Origin: an uncultured bacterium | Lineage (GTDB): Bacteria > Krumholzibacteriota > Krumholzibacteriia > LZORAL124-64-63 | Reading direction: 5' to 3' | Assembly (NCBI GenBank): GCA_903859215.1 | Contig: CAIOLW010000365.1 | Span: forward strand, 854 to 64,853 | DNA: 64,000 nucleotides | Part shown: positions 9,028-20,545 of the stretch, one piece after another | Position numbering within the stretch: position 1 is the first letter of the stretch | Layout: every line of letters starts with the position of its first letter | Notes under the pieces: generated by a model | The model's database searches: none | What the model saw: only the letters and a program-made list of their open reading frames with translations | What the model was told of the DNA's origin: nothing | Program-made: the position numbers and the translations under genes

Positions 9028-9224
9028 TCATGATTGCCATGTCTGATTGGCATGCCGACGGTCCGCCACGGGGGATTCTTCGGACCTGCTCCTTGCCATT
9101 GGCGCGTTAATTCATTGTTAGACAACAATATAGAATTTGATTGCAGGGATGGGCGCGGCGGCACGCGCCTTGTTATGGAGACCTCGTGAAATCAAGCGAA
9201 CCCTCGGCAACGGAGTGAGCGAAC

Positions 9225-11153
<1,929 letters not shown>

Positions 11154-11229
11154 GTTGCCGGCCGGAGGGGCCGGGCCCGGTCGCGGGCCCGGCCGCCAGC
11201 GAAGCATGACAAAAAAGATCAGAATTGAT

Positions 11230-11258
11230 TTGACGAGGTGCGCGCGATCGGTTAGAAT
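11230..11258 (+). promoter_or_regulatory. sigma70-type promoter TTGACG-N17-TAGAAT
   Basis: -35 at 11230-11235 and -10 at 11253-11258 in an AT-rich patch about 220 nt upstream of the sigma-factor start codon. Confidence 0.55.
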
Positions 11259-11482
11259 GATCCCGCATTCAAATGGAACCGATTAAGAAACAACAAGATG
11301 CATCATCGGCGGACAACGGGAAGAGCTTCGAAAGAGCGGGAACTTTTTGCCAACGCGAAACGTTTTCAGGGTCCGGAGTCTCGATGGAATAAAGGTGACA
11401 TTGGCCGTCAAGTAATAGGGCGGCGGGGGACGTCGGCGGCGGGTGGCCGCGGTCGGGGCGGGCAGGCCAAGGAGGACAAGGC

Positions 11483-12337
11483 GTGTACGAAGTCGAACTG
11501 AGCAGCGATCGCCGGGAGAGCCAGACCCTGCAGCACTACCTGCAGACGATCGGCAAGCATGCCCTGCTGACGCGCGAAGAGGAATTCGAACTGGCGCGCC
11601 GCATCCGCGATGGGGACAAGGCGGCCCTCGACAAGCTGGTCAACAGCAACCTCCGCTTCGTCGTCAGCGTGGCCAAGAAGTTCCTGAACCAGGGACTCAG
11701 CTACATGGACCTGATCGCCGAAGGCAACATCGGCCTGATCACCGCGGCCAAGCGCTTCGACGAGCGCCGTGAGTTCCGCTTCATTTCCTACGCGGTGTGG
11801 TGGATCCGGCAGGCGATCCAGAAGGCCATCGCCGAGCAGACCAACACCGTGCGCCTGCCGATCAACCGGTCGCAGCAGGCCCAGAAGATCAAGCGCCTGT
11901 CGCAGCGCCTGGAGCAGAAGAACCTGCGCCCGGTGTACCAGCAGGAACTGGCCGACGCCATGAAGCTGGACCTGCGCAAGATGCAGCAGATCCAGGCGGC
12001 CAGCAGGCCGTTGGTGAGCATCGACCAGCCGCTCTACGACGACGATGTGACGCTGGCGGACACGCTGAGCGATCCCGAGGTGGCCACCGCCGAGCAGTCC
12101 TACGTGGACGACGAACTGGTCAAGGAACTGGGCGAGGCGATGGGCCTGCTGACCGCGCGCGAGAAGGACATCGTCTCGCGGTACTACGGCCTCGGCAGCG
12201 AGGAGACGGCTTCGCTGGAGACCATCGGCCAGGACATCAACCTGTCGCGCGAGCGCGTGCGCCAGATCCGGAACCAGGCCTTGACGAAGATGCGGCAGTA
12301 CGGCCGGGGCAGCCGCCTGGTCGACTACCTGAACTGA
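11483..12337 (+). CDS. RNA polymerase sigma factor, short RpoD/SigA-like sigma-70 family (regions 2-4)
   Basis: GTG start is preceded by AAGGAGGA. 284 aa with NLRFVVSVAKKF, DLIAEGNIGLITAAKRFD, ISYAVWWIRQAIQKAI and LSRERVRQIRNQAL. Confidence 0.85.
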   Translation: MYEVELSSDRRESQTLQHYLQTIGKHALLTREEEFELARRIRDGDKAALDKLVNSNLRFVVSVAKKFLNQGLSYMDLIAEGNIGLITAAKRFDERREFRFISYAVWWIRQAIQKAIAEQTNTVRLPINRSQQAQKIKRLSQRLEQKNLRPVYQQELADAMKLDLRKMQQIQAASRPLVSIDQPLYDDDVTLADTLSDPEVATAEQSYVDDELVKELGEAMGLLTAREKDIVSRYYGLGSEETASLETIGQDINLSRERVRQIRNQALTKMRQYGRGSRLVDYLN

Positions 12338-12367
12338 CGCCCGGATGCCGGTTCGCTGGGTTTTTCA

Positions 12368-12396
12368 TTGACTACCGCGTCCCGGCACCTTAGTTT
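12368..12396 (+). promoter_or_regulatory. candidate promoter for tRNA-Val: TTGACT-N17-TAGTTT
   Basis: -35 at 12368-12373 and -10 at 12391-12396. The tRNA starts 12 nt downstream. Confidence 0.45.
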
Positions 12397-12407
12397 CGCG
12401 CGCTGTT

Positions 12408-12486
12408 GGGCGATTAGCTCAGTTTTGGTTAGAGCGCTTGTTTGACAGACAAGAGGTCACTGGTTCGAGTCCAGTATCGCCCACCA
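12408..12486 (+). tRNA. tRNA-Val (anticodon GAC)
   Basis: Acceptor GGGCGAT/ATCGCCC, anticodon arm CTTGT-TTGACAG-ACAAG, T arm CTGG-TTCGAGT-CCAG. Encoded CCA, 79 nt with a long D loop. Confidence 0.85.
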
Positions 12487-12603
12487 CCAAGCTCTCGGAA
12501 TCCGGGGCCCGTTGCCGCAGCGCGGCGGCGGGCTCTTTCCGCAAACGCGGCAGCCAGGCGGCCTTTACCCGCGCCCTTTGGGGCGGCAGGACGGTTACCA
12601 GCC

Positions 12604-14523
12604 ATGTCGGACCTGAATCTCACCCTTCCGGACGGACAGACCCTGACCCTGGAGGCCGGCCGGCCCTGGGCTGACGCCGTGCGCCAGATCGGCGAGGGCC
12701 TGCTGCGCAACGCCCTGGCCGTCACCGTCGACGGCGTGAACCACTCCCTGGCCGAGCCCGCCCGCGCGGGCGGGCAGCTGACGGTCATCACGCGCTCGGG
12801 CAAGGGCGGGGTCGAGACGCTGCGGCACTCGACGGCGCACCTGTTGGCCTGGGCTGTCCAGGATCTCTTCCCGGGGACGAAGTTCGCGTTCGGGCCGGAC
12901 ATCGAGAACGGGTTCTACTACGACTTCGACCGCCCCGAGGCGTTCAGCGAGGATGACCTCGCGCGGATCGAGGCGCGCATGCGCGAGATGGCCGGCGGCA
13001 AGGTCGCCATCGAGCGCGCGGAAGTCGGTTCGGCCGAGGCCCGCGAGTTGTTCAAGGACCAGCCCTACAAGCTGGAGCAGATCGACGAGCTGGGGGACCG
13101 GCAGCTGTCGATCTACCGCATGGGCGCCTTCACCGACCTGTGCGAGGGCCCGCACGTGCCCGACACCACCGAACTGAAGGCGTTCAAGCTGCTGACCGTT
13201 GCCGGCGCCTACTGGCGCGGCGACGCCAAGCGCCCGATGCTGCAGCGCATCTACGGCACGAGCTTCTTCAAGAAGAAGGAACTCGACGACCACCTCGTGA
13301 TGCTGGAAGAGGCGAAGAAGCGCGACCACCGCAAGCTGGGCCGCGAGCTCGACCTGTTCGGCATCATGGAAGAGGCCGGCCCCGGGTTGTCGTTCTGGTT
13401 CCCGCGCGGCGACCTGCTGCGCGAACAGATCATCGACTACTGGAAGGCCGTGCACCGGCGGTGCGGCTACCAGACCGTGACCACGCCGCACATCTCGCAG
13501 GCCGGCCTGTGGGAGACTTCCGGGCACATGGAGTTCTACAAGGAGAACATGTACGTGTTCGAGCAGGACGATCGTCCGTACGTCGTCAAGCCGATGAACT
13601 GCCCGGGCCACATCCTGATGTACAAGCGCAAGACGCGCGGCTATCGCAACCTGCCGGTGCGCCTGGCCGAGCTGGGCACGGTCTACCGCGCCGAACTCAA
13701 GGGCGCGCTGCACGGGCTGATGCGCGTGCGCGGCTTCACGCAGGACGACGGCCACATCTTCTGCACGCCCGACCAGCTCGAGGACGAGGTGAGCAACACC
13801 ATCGACCTCGTGAAGGAGATCCTCGGCACGTTCGGCTTCAACGACTTCAAGGTCGAGCTGTCGGTCCGCGACCCGCTGAACAAGGAAAAGTACGCGGGCA
13901 CGGACGAGGAGTGGGACGCCGCGGAGCGCTCGCTGGTCAAGGCCCTCGAGAAGCACAGCCTGGCCTATACCCGCGAAGAGGGCGAGGCCGTCTTCTACGG
14001 CCCGAAGATCGACGTCAAGCTGATCGACGCCATCGGCCGCCGCTGGCAGGCCAGCACGATCCAGTTCGACTTCAACCTGCCCCGCCGGTTCGACGTGCGG
14101 TTCACCGACCACGAAGGCCAGGAGCAGTACGTCTACATGGTCCACCGGGCCATCATGGGGTCGCTGGAGCGGTTCATCGGCATCCTGACCGAGCATTACG
14201 CCGGCGATTTCCCGGTCTGGCTGGCCCCTGAGCAGGTGCGCGTGCTGTCGGTCAGCCGCGACCAGCACGAATACGCCGAGGCGACGGCCAACCTGCTGCG
14301 CGAAAAGGGCTTGCGGGTCGAGGCCGACGTCCGCGAGGAGAAGATCGGGTTCAAGATCCGCGAGGCCGAAGTCATGCGGGTGCCCTGGATGCTGATCGTC
14401 GGCGGGCGCGAGGCCGAGACGGGCCAGGCGTCGGTCCGGGTACGCCACAAGGGGGACCTCGGATCCCGGCCGGTGGCCGAGGTGGCCGACGAACTCCTTG
14501 ACTTGGTGCGCAAACGGCAGTAG
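12604..14523 (+). CDS. thrS: threonine--tRNA ligase
   Basis: ATG at 12604 (MSDLNLTLPDGQ, TGS domain). Also HSTAHLLA editing-domain, class II catalytic core and anticodon-binding regions. The track start at 12442 would overlap tRNA-Val. Confidence 0.95.
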   Translation: MSDLNLTLPDGQTLTLEAGRPWADAVRQIGEGLLRNALAVTVDGVNHSLAEPARAGGQLTVITRSGKGGVETLRHSTAHLLAWAVQDLFPGTKFAFGPDIENGFYYDFDRPEAFSEDDLARIEARMREMAGGKVAIERAEVGSAEARELFKDQPYKLEQIDELGDRQLSIYRMGAFTDLCEGPHVPDTTELKAFKLLTVAGAYWRGDAKRPMLQRIYGTSFFKKKELDDHLVMLEEAKKRDHRKLGRELDLFGIMEEAGPGLSFWFPRGDLLREQIIDYWKAVHRRCGYQTVTTPHISQAGLWETSGHMEFYKENMYVFEQDDRPYVVKPMNCPGHILMYKRKTRGYRNLPVRLAELGTVYRAELKGALHGLMRVRGFTQDDGHIFCTPDQLEDEVSNTIDLVKEILGTFGFNDFKVELSVRDPLNKEKYAGTDEEWDAAERSLVKALEKHSLAYTREEGEAVFYGPKIDVKLIDAIGRRWQASTIQFDFNLPRRFDVRFTDHEGQEQYVYMVHRAIMGSLERFIGILTEHYAGDFPVWLAPEQVRVLSVSRDQHEYAEATANLLREKGLRVEADVREEKIGFKIREAEVMRVPWMLIVGGREAETGQASVRVRHKGDLGSRPVAEVADELLDLVRKRQ

Positions 14524-14744
14524 TTTTTCACGATTGCAGAGCCGCCGGGGACCGGGTTGTTCCCTGGCGGCACGGCCAAGCAGAGGTCCGCCCTCTCACC
14601 GTAGCCGTCCTGTGAGCTGACCACTGGACCCGTTCATCCGGCCATTTGGCCCGATTGTTTGGAGTCCAGTCAGGCGCCAAGTGCGCCGAAGGCCGGCCGG
14701 GAGTGGAGCGGTTGCCAAACCCGGGGCCCGTTCGAGGGGCCGGT

Positions 14745-14769
14745 GGCGGACCATTGTGTCCGCCTTTTT
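14745..14769 (+). terminator. intrinsic terminator inside the thrS-infC spacer (possible attenuator of the infC operon)
   Basis: Stem GGCGGAC / GTCCGCC with loop CATTGT, followed by TTTTT. It lies about 220 nt after the thrS stop and about 68 nt before the infC start. Confidence 0.6.
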
Positions 14770-14836
14770 GCGTCCGGTTCCCGGGGACCACCGGCAGGGA
14801 CGGGCGCGGCGCGGCGGCATCCAGGAGGTCAGGCTT

Positions 14837-15355
<519 letters not shown>

Positions 15356-15403
15356 CAACCCGGCGGCGAAACGGAACCGGCGAACCGGAAAGAGAGTCGA
15401 GAC

Positions 15404-15601
15404 ATGGGCAACAAGATGAAGACCAACCGTTCGGCAGCAAAGCGACTGCGGCTGACCGGCAACGGGCGGGTCAAGCGGGCGAAGGCGTTCCAGGGCCACC
15501 TCTTCACGGCGAAGAGCCCCAAGCGTCTGCGCAACCTCCGCAAGGGGACCATGGTGGCCTCGGTTGACGAGGCGCGCGCCCGTCGGATGCTGGGCAAGTA
15601 A
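15404..15601 (+). CDS. rpmI: 50S ribosomal protein L35
   Basis: 65 aa, basic, MKTNRSAAKRLRLTGNGRVKRAKAFQGH. Canonical infC-rpmI-rplT order. Confidence 0.95.
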   Translation: MGNKMKTNRSAAKRLRLTGNGRVKRAKAFQGHLFTAKSPKRLRNLRKGTMVASVDEARARRMLGK

Positions 15602-15661
15602 CGATTGATCCGCCGACGCCGGCCAGGGAGGCCGGGCGCGGACCTGACGAAAGGCCGAACG

Positions 15662-16015
15662 ATGCCAAGAGCAACAAATAATCCGGCTGCGAAACAGCGG
15701 CGGAAGAAGTATCTCAAGCGGGCGAAGGGATTCGTCAGCGGCCGGCGCCGGCAGGCAATCACTGCCCGCGAGGCCGTGGATCGCGCCCTGGTGTACGCGT
15801 ACCGCGATCGCCGGACGAAGAAGCGCGATTTCCGCCGCCTGTGGATCACGCGCATCAACGCTGCCGCGCGCATCAACGGCATGAGCTACAGTCATTTCAT
15901 CAACGGCCTGAAGAAGGCTGAGATCGAAATCGACCGCAAGGTTCTCGCCGACCTGGCCGTCTACGACGCGGGCGCCTTCGCCAAGCTGGCCGAGGCTGCC
16001 AAGAGCGCGCTCTGA
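15662..16015 (+). CDS. rplT: 50S ribosomal protein L20
   Basis: ATG at 15662 ([24 protein letters not shown]). 117 aa. Confidence 0.95.
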   Translation: MPRATNNPAAKQRRKKYLKRAKGFVSGRRRQAITAREAVDRALVYAYRDRRTKKRDFRRLWITRINAAARINGMSYSHFINGLKKAEIEIDRKVLADLAVYDAGAFAKLAEAAKSAL

Positions 16016-16107
16016 TCGCCGACTGAGGGCCCCGGTGTCATGTGGCGCCGGGGCCTTTCCTACGGCGCGCCGCAACTGCCGGCATCGCCCGGCGAAAGGG
16101 ACCTCCC

Positions 16108-17133
16108 ATGCAGGAGATGATCGACCGCCTGCGCAGCGAGGCGTCGGCCGCGACCGCAGCCGCCGGCGACGACGCCGCGCTGGAAGCGGTGCGCGTTGCC
16201 GTCCTCGGTCGCAAGGGCAGCCTCACGGCTCTGCTGCGCGGCCTGAAGGACCTTGATGAGGCCGCCCGCCGCGAGGCCGGCGCGGCCCTCAACGTGCTCA
16301 AGGAAGAGATTTCCGCGGTCATCGAGGCGCGGCAGGCCGAACTCGGTGGGGACAGGCCGGCGGCCTCCAGCGGCCTGGACCTGACGTTGCCCGGGCGCGC
16401 GCCCGCCCCGATCGGTTCGCGGCACCCGCTGCTGACCGTGCTCGAGAACATCTGCGACATCTTCCACGGGATGGGCTTCAGTCGCGACGAGGGCCCCGAG
16501 GTGGAGCTGGACTACTACAACTTCACGGCGCTCAACTTCCCGGACGACCACCCGGCGCGCGACATCCAGGATACGTTCTACTTCAACGACAAGGTGCTCC
16601 TGCGCACGCAGACGTCGCCCGTGCAGGTGCGCATGATGGAGCGCCGCGAGCCGCCGCTGGCCTGCATCTTTCCCGGCCGCGTGTACCGCAATGAGAACGC
16701 GGACGCCTCGCACAGTTCCGAGTTCTTCCAGGTCGAGGGCCTGGTCGTCGACCGCTCCGTGAGCATGGCCGACCTGAAGGACACCGTGGACACGTTCGTC
16801 CGCAACTTCTTCGGCGCCTCGGCCCCGACGCGCTTCCGCCCGCACTACTTCCCGTTCACCGAGCCCTCGGTCGAGGTGGACATGCAATGCATCCTCTGCG
16901 GCGGCAAGGGCTGCGGCGTGTGCAAGCAGTCCGGCTGGCTGGAGATCATGGGCGCGGGCATGGTGCACCCGAACGTCTTCAAGGCCGCGGGCTATCCCGA
17001 CGACCGCTACACCGGCTTCGCATTCGGCATGGGCATCGACCGCATCGCGATGTTGAAGTACGGCATCACCGACATCCGGCTGCTGTACGAGAACGACCTG
17101 CGGTTCCTGAACCAGTTCCGAGGTGTGCAGTGA
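16108..17133 (+). CDS. pheS: phenylalanine--tRNA ligase alpha subunit
   Basis: ATG at 16108 (MQEMIDRLR). Class II motifs HPARDIQDTFY, FPGRVYRN and GFAFGMGIDRIAMLKYGI. Confidence 0.95.
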   Translation: MQEMIDRLRSEASAATAAAGDDAALEAVRVAVLGRKGSLTALLRGLKDLDEAARREAGAALNVLKEEISAVIEARQAELGGDRPAASSGLDLTLPGRAPAPIGSRHPLLTVLENICDIFHGMGFSRDEGPEVELDYYNFTALNFPDDHPARDIQDTFYFNDKVLLRTQTSPVQVRMMERREPPLACIFPGRVYRNENADASHSSEFFQVEGLVVDRSVSMADLKDTVDTFVRNFFGASAPTRFRPHYFPFTEPSVEVDMQCILCGGKGCGVCKQSGWLEIMGAGMVHPNVFKAAGYPDDRYTGFAFGMGIDRIAMLKYGITDIRLLYENDLRFLNQFRGVQ

Positions 17134-19586
17134 AGATCAGCCTTGATTGGCTCAGTGATTTCGTTGACTGGACCGACGAGACGGCCGTCCTGGCGGCCCG
17201 CCTGACCGCCGCCGGCCTGAACGTCGAGGGGATCGAGCAGATCAACAAGACGTTTCCCGGCGTGGTCGTGGCGCGCGTGCTCGAGCGCGAGAAGCATCCC
17301 GACGCCGACCGCCTGAGCCTGTGCAAGGTCGACGACGGCACCGGCGCGCCGGTGCAGGTCGTCTGCGGCGCCCCGAACGTGCGCGCGGGCCTGACGGTCC
17401 TGTTCGCGCGCGTCGGCGCCGAACTGCCGGGCGATCTCCGCATCAAGAAGTCGAAGATCCGCGGTGTCGAGAGCCACGGCATGATCTGCTCGGCCGCCGA
17501 ACTCGAGTTGAGCCTCGACGGGGCCGGCATCATCGAACTGGACACGAAGCTGCCGAACGGCACGCCGGCCGACGACCTGTTCGGCTTCAAGGACACGGTG
17601 CTCGAGGTCGAGGTCACGCCGAACCGCCCCGACTGGCTGAGCCATGTCGGCGTGGCGCGCGAGGTGGCCGCGATCTACGGCACGAAGATGTCGCTGCCGC
17701 CGGTGTTCAACGCCGTTCAGGGCGGCGAGAGCCTGGGTGTGAAGGTCCGCGTCGAGCACTACGCCGACTGCGGCCGCTACACGGCGTGGGGGCTGCAGCG
17801 CGTGAAGATCGCGCCGTCGCCGCGCTGGATGCAGAACCGCCTGCTGGCGATCGGCGCGCGGCCGATCAACAACGTCGTCGACATCACCAACTACGTGATG
17901 TTCGAGATGGGGCAGCCGCTGCACGCGTTCGACCGCGGGCAGCTGGCCGGCAACGCCATCACCGTGCGGCGCGCGCCGAAGAACACGAGCGTGCAGACGC
18001 TGGACGGGCAGACGCGCGAGGTCGAGGCCGGCACGCTGATGGTCTGCGACGAGAAGGGCCCCGTGGCCCTGGCCGGCGTGATGGGCCTGGGCAACAGCGA
18101 GGTCAGCGAGAAGACGACCGAGGTGCTGCTCGAGAGCGCGTTCTTCAATGCGAGCCTGGTGCGCAAGGCGAGCCGGCGGATGGGCCTGATCAGCGAGAGT
18201 TCGTACCGCTTCGAGCGCGGCGCCGACTGGGACATGGTCGAGCGCGCGGCGCTGCGCGCCCTGCAGTTGCTGCAGGAGCATGCCGGCGCGCGCATCGTGC
18301 CCGACTGGGCCGACCGCCACGACCCCGACCATCGCCCCGCCGACCCGCTGCCGCTGCGGGTGTGGCAGGTCAACCGCGTGCTCGGCACGGCGGTCAATAC
18401 CGGGCAGGTTGCGCAGATCCTGCAGCGGCTGGGCCTGAAGGTGCAGCCGATGGGCAATGCCGAGTCGATCAGCGCCGGCGCCGTCAACATGATGGTGCAG
18501 GTGCCGAGCCACCGGCGTGACCTGCTGATGGAAGTCGACCTGATCGAGGAGATCGCGCGCATCCACGGGCTGGACCAGCTGACCGGGCGCGGCGGCTACC
18601 GCGTGCCTGGCGGCGCCGTGAGGCGGCCGCAGGACGTGGCGCGCGACCGGCTGCGCGGCTGGTTGAGTTCGTGCGGCTACACGGAGATCGTCACCTCGAG
18701 CTTCATGGAAGCGGGCGACCACGACAAGCTGGCGCTGGCCGCGGACGATGCGCGGCGCGCGACGCTCGCGGTGGTCAACCCGCGGCACGGCGGCGACACG
18801 CAGTTGCGGACCGTGCTGGCGCCCTCGGCGCTGGCTGTGTCGCGGCGCAACCTGAACGCCGGCGCGACGCCGCCGCTGCGGTTCTTCCAGATCAACCGCG
18901 TGTTCCGGCCCGGGCAGCCGCTCGGACGCGACACGCGGCACGCCGACGAGGCGCTGTTGCCGGCCGAGCACGAGTACGTGCAGGTCATCGTCGCCGGCTG
19001 GCGCGACACGGGGCTCGGCGGGCTGCCCTGCGACCTGCTGGAGATCCGCGGCACGGTCGAAGCCATGGCCGGGCACCTGAGGCTGCCCCTGACGCTGGAG
19101 GCGGGCACCGACGAGTCGTGGCTGGACGCGGGCGCGGCCTGGAGCGTGCGCGCGGCGGACGGCCGGGTGGTCGGCGTGGCCGGTCGCGTGGCTCCCGGGG
19201 TGCTGGCGGCCTTCGATGTCGACGGTCCGGTGGCGTTGGCCGAGGTGCGGCTTGACGACCTCGACCTGACGCCGGCCCCGGCCCGCTTCGAGCCGTTCAC
19301 GCGGTTCCCGGCGGTCAAGCGGGACCTGTCGCTGCTCGTTCCCGCAGAGGTGGCGTACGGGCAGATCCGGGACACGGTCGACTCGTCCGGCGGGCCGTTC
19401 CTCGAATCGTCGGAACTCTTTGATTTTTATCGCGGCAAGGGCGTTCCGGAGGGTCAGGCGGCCTTTGGAATTCGCTTGAAGTTCCGGTCCCCCAAGGGTA
19501 GCCTGACAGGTGAGACGGTCGATGCGGCGATCGGGGAGATCCTGACCGCGCTCAAGGACCGGTGGGCGATAGATCCCAGGGGCTAG
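17130..19586 (+). CDS. pheT: phenylalanine--tRNA ligase beta subunit
   Basis: GTG at 17130 overlaps the pheS stop (GTGA). VKISLDWLSDFVDW N-terminus, followed by tRNA-binding, B3/4, B5 and FDX-ACB regions. 818 aa. Confidence 0.95.
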   Translation: MKISLDWLSDFVDWTDETAVLAARLTAAGLNVEGIEQINKTFPGVVVARVLEREKHPDADRLSLCKVDDGTGAPVQVVCGAPNVRAGLTVLFARVGAELPGDLRIKKSKIRGVESHGMICSAAELELSLDGAGIIELDTKLPNGTPADDLFGFKDTVLEVEVTPNRPDWLSHVGVAREVAAIYGTKMSLPPVFNAVQGGESLGVKVRVEHYADCGRYTAWGLQRVKIAPSPRWMQNRLLAIGARPINNVVDITNYVMFEMGQPLHAFDRGQLAGNAITVRRAPKNTSVQTLDGQTREVEAGTLMVCDEKGPVALAGVMGLGNSEVSEKTTEVLLESAFFNASLVRKASRRMGLISESSYRFERGADWDMVERAALRALQLLQEHAGARIVPDWADRHDPDHRPADPLPLRVWQVNRVLGTAVNTGQVAQILQRLGLKVQPMGNAESISAGAVNMMVQVPSHRRDLLMEVDLIEEIARIHGLDQLTGRGGYRVPGGAVRRPQDVARDRLRGWLSSCGYTEIVTSSFMEAGDHDKLALAADDARRATLAVVNPRHGGDTQLRTVLAPSALAVSRRNLNAGATPPLRFFQINRVFRPGQPLGRDTRHADEALLPAEHEYVQVIVAGWRDTGLGGLPCDLLEIRGTVEAMAGHLRLPLTLEAGTDESWLDAGAAWSVRAADGRVVGVAGRVAPGVLAAFDVDGPVALAEVRLDDLDLTPAPARFEPFTRFPAVKRDLSLLVPAEVAYGQIRDTVDSSGGPFLESSELFDFYRGKGVPEGQAAFGIRLKFRSPKGSLTGETVDAAIGEILTALKDRWAIDPRG

Positions 19587-19642
19587 GGCGGTCCGCGGAG
19601 CGGCGCCGGCACGGATCGGTTCAGGGAAGGAAACGCACGAAC

Positions 19643-19912
19643 ATGGATGACAACCTGAACCTTCTCGAAGCCCGGGTGGTGGAGGCGGTGGCGCTGATCA
19701 AGGATCTGCGCGCCGAGAACCATCGGCTGGCCGCGCGGAACGAGGACCTTGTCGCACAGGTCGGGGCACTCGAGGCCGGCGGACAGCGCCTGGCGCAGGA
19801 GTTGGCGGACGCGAAAGCGAACGCCGGCGACATCGAGAGTTACGAGGAAAAGAGGAAGGAAATCGAGGACAGGGTCGGGAGTCTCATCCAGAAGCTGGCC
19901 GCCCTGGGCTAG
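19643..19912 (+). CDS. short coiled-coil protein, ZapB-like cell-division factor
   Basis: 89 aa, heptad-rich (LEARVVEAVALIKDLRAENHRLAARNEDLVAQVGALE), immediately upstream of zapA. Confidence 0.5.
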   Translation: MDDNLNLLEARVVEAVALIKDLRAENHRLAARNEDLVAQVGALEAGGQRLAQELADAKANAGDIESYEEKRKEIEDRVGSLIQKLAALG

Positions 19913-20002
19913 CGGGACGCGGAGACCATTCCGGACCGGCGTGGGCCGGGCGCCCGGAACCCTGGATGACCGGAATCACCGGCGTGCTGCGGAAAGCGGT
20001 CC

Positions 20003-20335
20003 ATGCAGGAACCAGAGAGCGTGACGGTCAACATCTTCGGCGCGGAATACACCCTGCGGGGTGCTGCGGATGCCGATTATGTGCAGGAAGTGGCGGCATT
20101 CGTCGACCGGCGCATGAACGAGGTCGCCAAGGGCGCCTCGGTGGCCTCGACGGCCCGGGTGGCGATCCTGGCTGCCATCAACATCGCCGACGAACTCTTT
20201 CGTGAACAGCGCAAGCGGATCGAGGACCAGGCCACGCTCGAAGATAGATCCGACCACCTGACCCGCATGCTGGTGCGGGGGATGGCGGGAGACCGGCCTT
20301 CAGAAACCGGTGGTGATGTTCTGCCCGGCGCGTGA
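20003..20335 (+). CDS. zapA: cell division protein ZapA
   Basis: 110 aa with VTVNIFGAEYTLRGAADADYVQEVAAFVDRRMNEV and ARVAILAAINIADEL, a typical ZapA fold signature. Confidence 0.8.
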   Translation: MQEPESVTVNIFGAEYTLRGAADADYVQEVAAFVDRRMNEVAKGASVASTARVAILAAINIADELFREQRKRIEDQATLEDRSDHLTRMLVRGMAGDRPSETGGDVLPGA

Positions 20336-20338
20336 TGA

Positions 20339-20476
20339 GTCGTACAAGTGAGCCAACACTTCCGCAATGGGACTCCGGAGTTCCTGGGCGGAGACCACGC
20401 CCTTCGGGGATGGTCGAAGTCCAGGACAGGGGACCCACCTGGAGCAACACGGTTCAGTTGCTCCGACTCACACGAC
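20339..20476 (+). ncRNA. candidate structured RNA element in the zapA-rny spacer (identity unknown; 6S RNA or an rny leader are hypotheses)
   Basis: Nested helices are visible by eye. A closing helix pairs GTCGT..GTGAG (20339-20352) with CTCAC-ACGAC (20467-20476). A long hairpin runs TCCTGG-GACCA-CCC-UUCG-GGG-TGGTC-CCAGGA (20382-20426). A third hairpin is GGAGCAAC-loop-GTTGCTCC (20441-20464). No credible ORF. Confidence 0.25.
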
Positions 20477-20545
20477 CGGGCGGAGCAGCTACCGGCCCCT
20501 CCGATTTTCGCCCCTCGTTTCCCATGACATAGGGAAGGAGAGGCC

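Noticed and set aside
9028-9224. CIRCE (HrcA operator) or sigma-32 promoter upstream of dnaK.
   Set aside because: No TTAGCACTC-N9-GAGTGCTAA-like inverted repeat and no convincing CTTGAAA/CCCCAT pair were found. Only an AT-rich patch with weak hexamers is present, so no call was made.
11298-11501. 67-aa ORF inside the sigma-factor leader.
   Set aside because: It has low GC3 for this genome and a basic low-complexity product, and it overlaps the sigma-factor RBS and start. I treated it as non-coding leader.
12487-12603. T-box or other thrS leader between tRNA-Val and thrS.
   Set aside because: The spacer is only 117 nt, too short for a T-box. No specifier-loop or T-box sequence was recognised, and tRNA-Val is probably simply co-transcribed or adjacent.
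17339-17354. 16-bp perfect GC palindrome CACCGGCGCGCCGGTG inside pheT. Also CCGGCGCGCCGG at 709-720, and several GCGCCGGCGC cores, for example near 5719, 18476 and 63421.
   Set aside because: These are single occurrences of GC-only palindromes, which are plausible by chance in a genome of this GC content. They lack the TT/AA-flanked 14-bp core of the recurring element, so they were not counted as family members.
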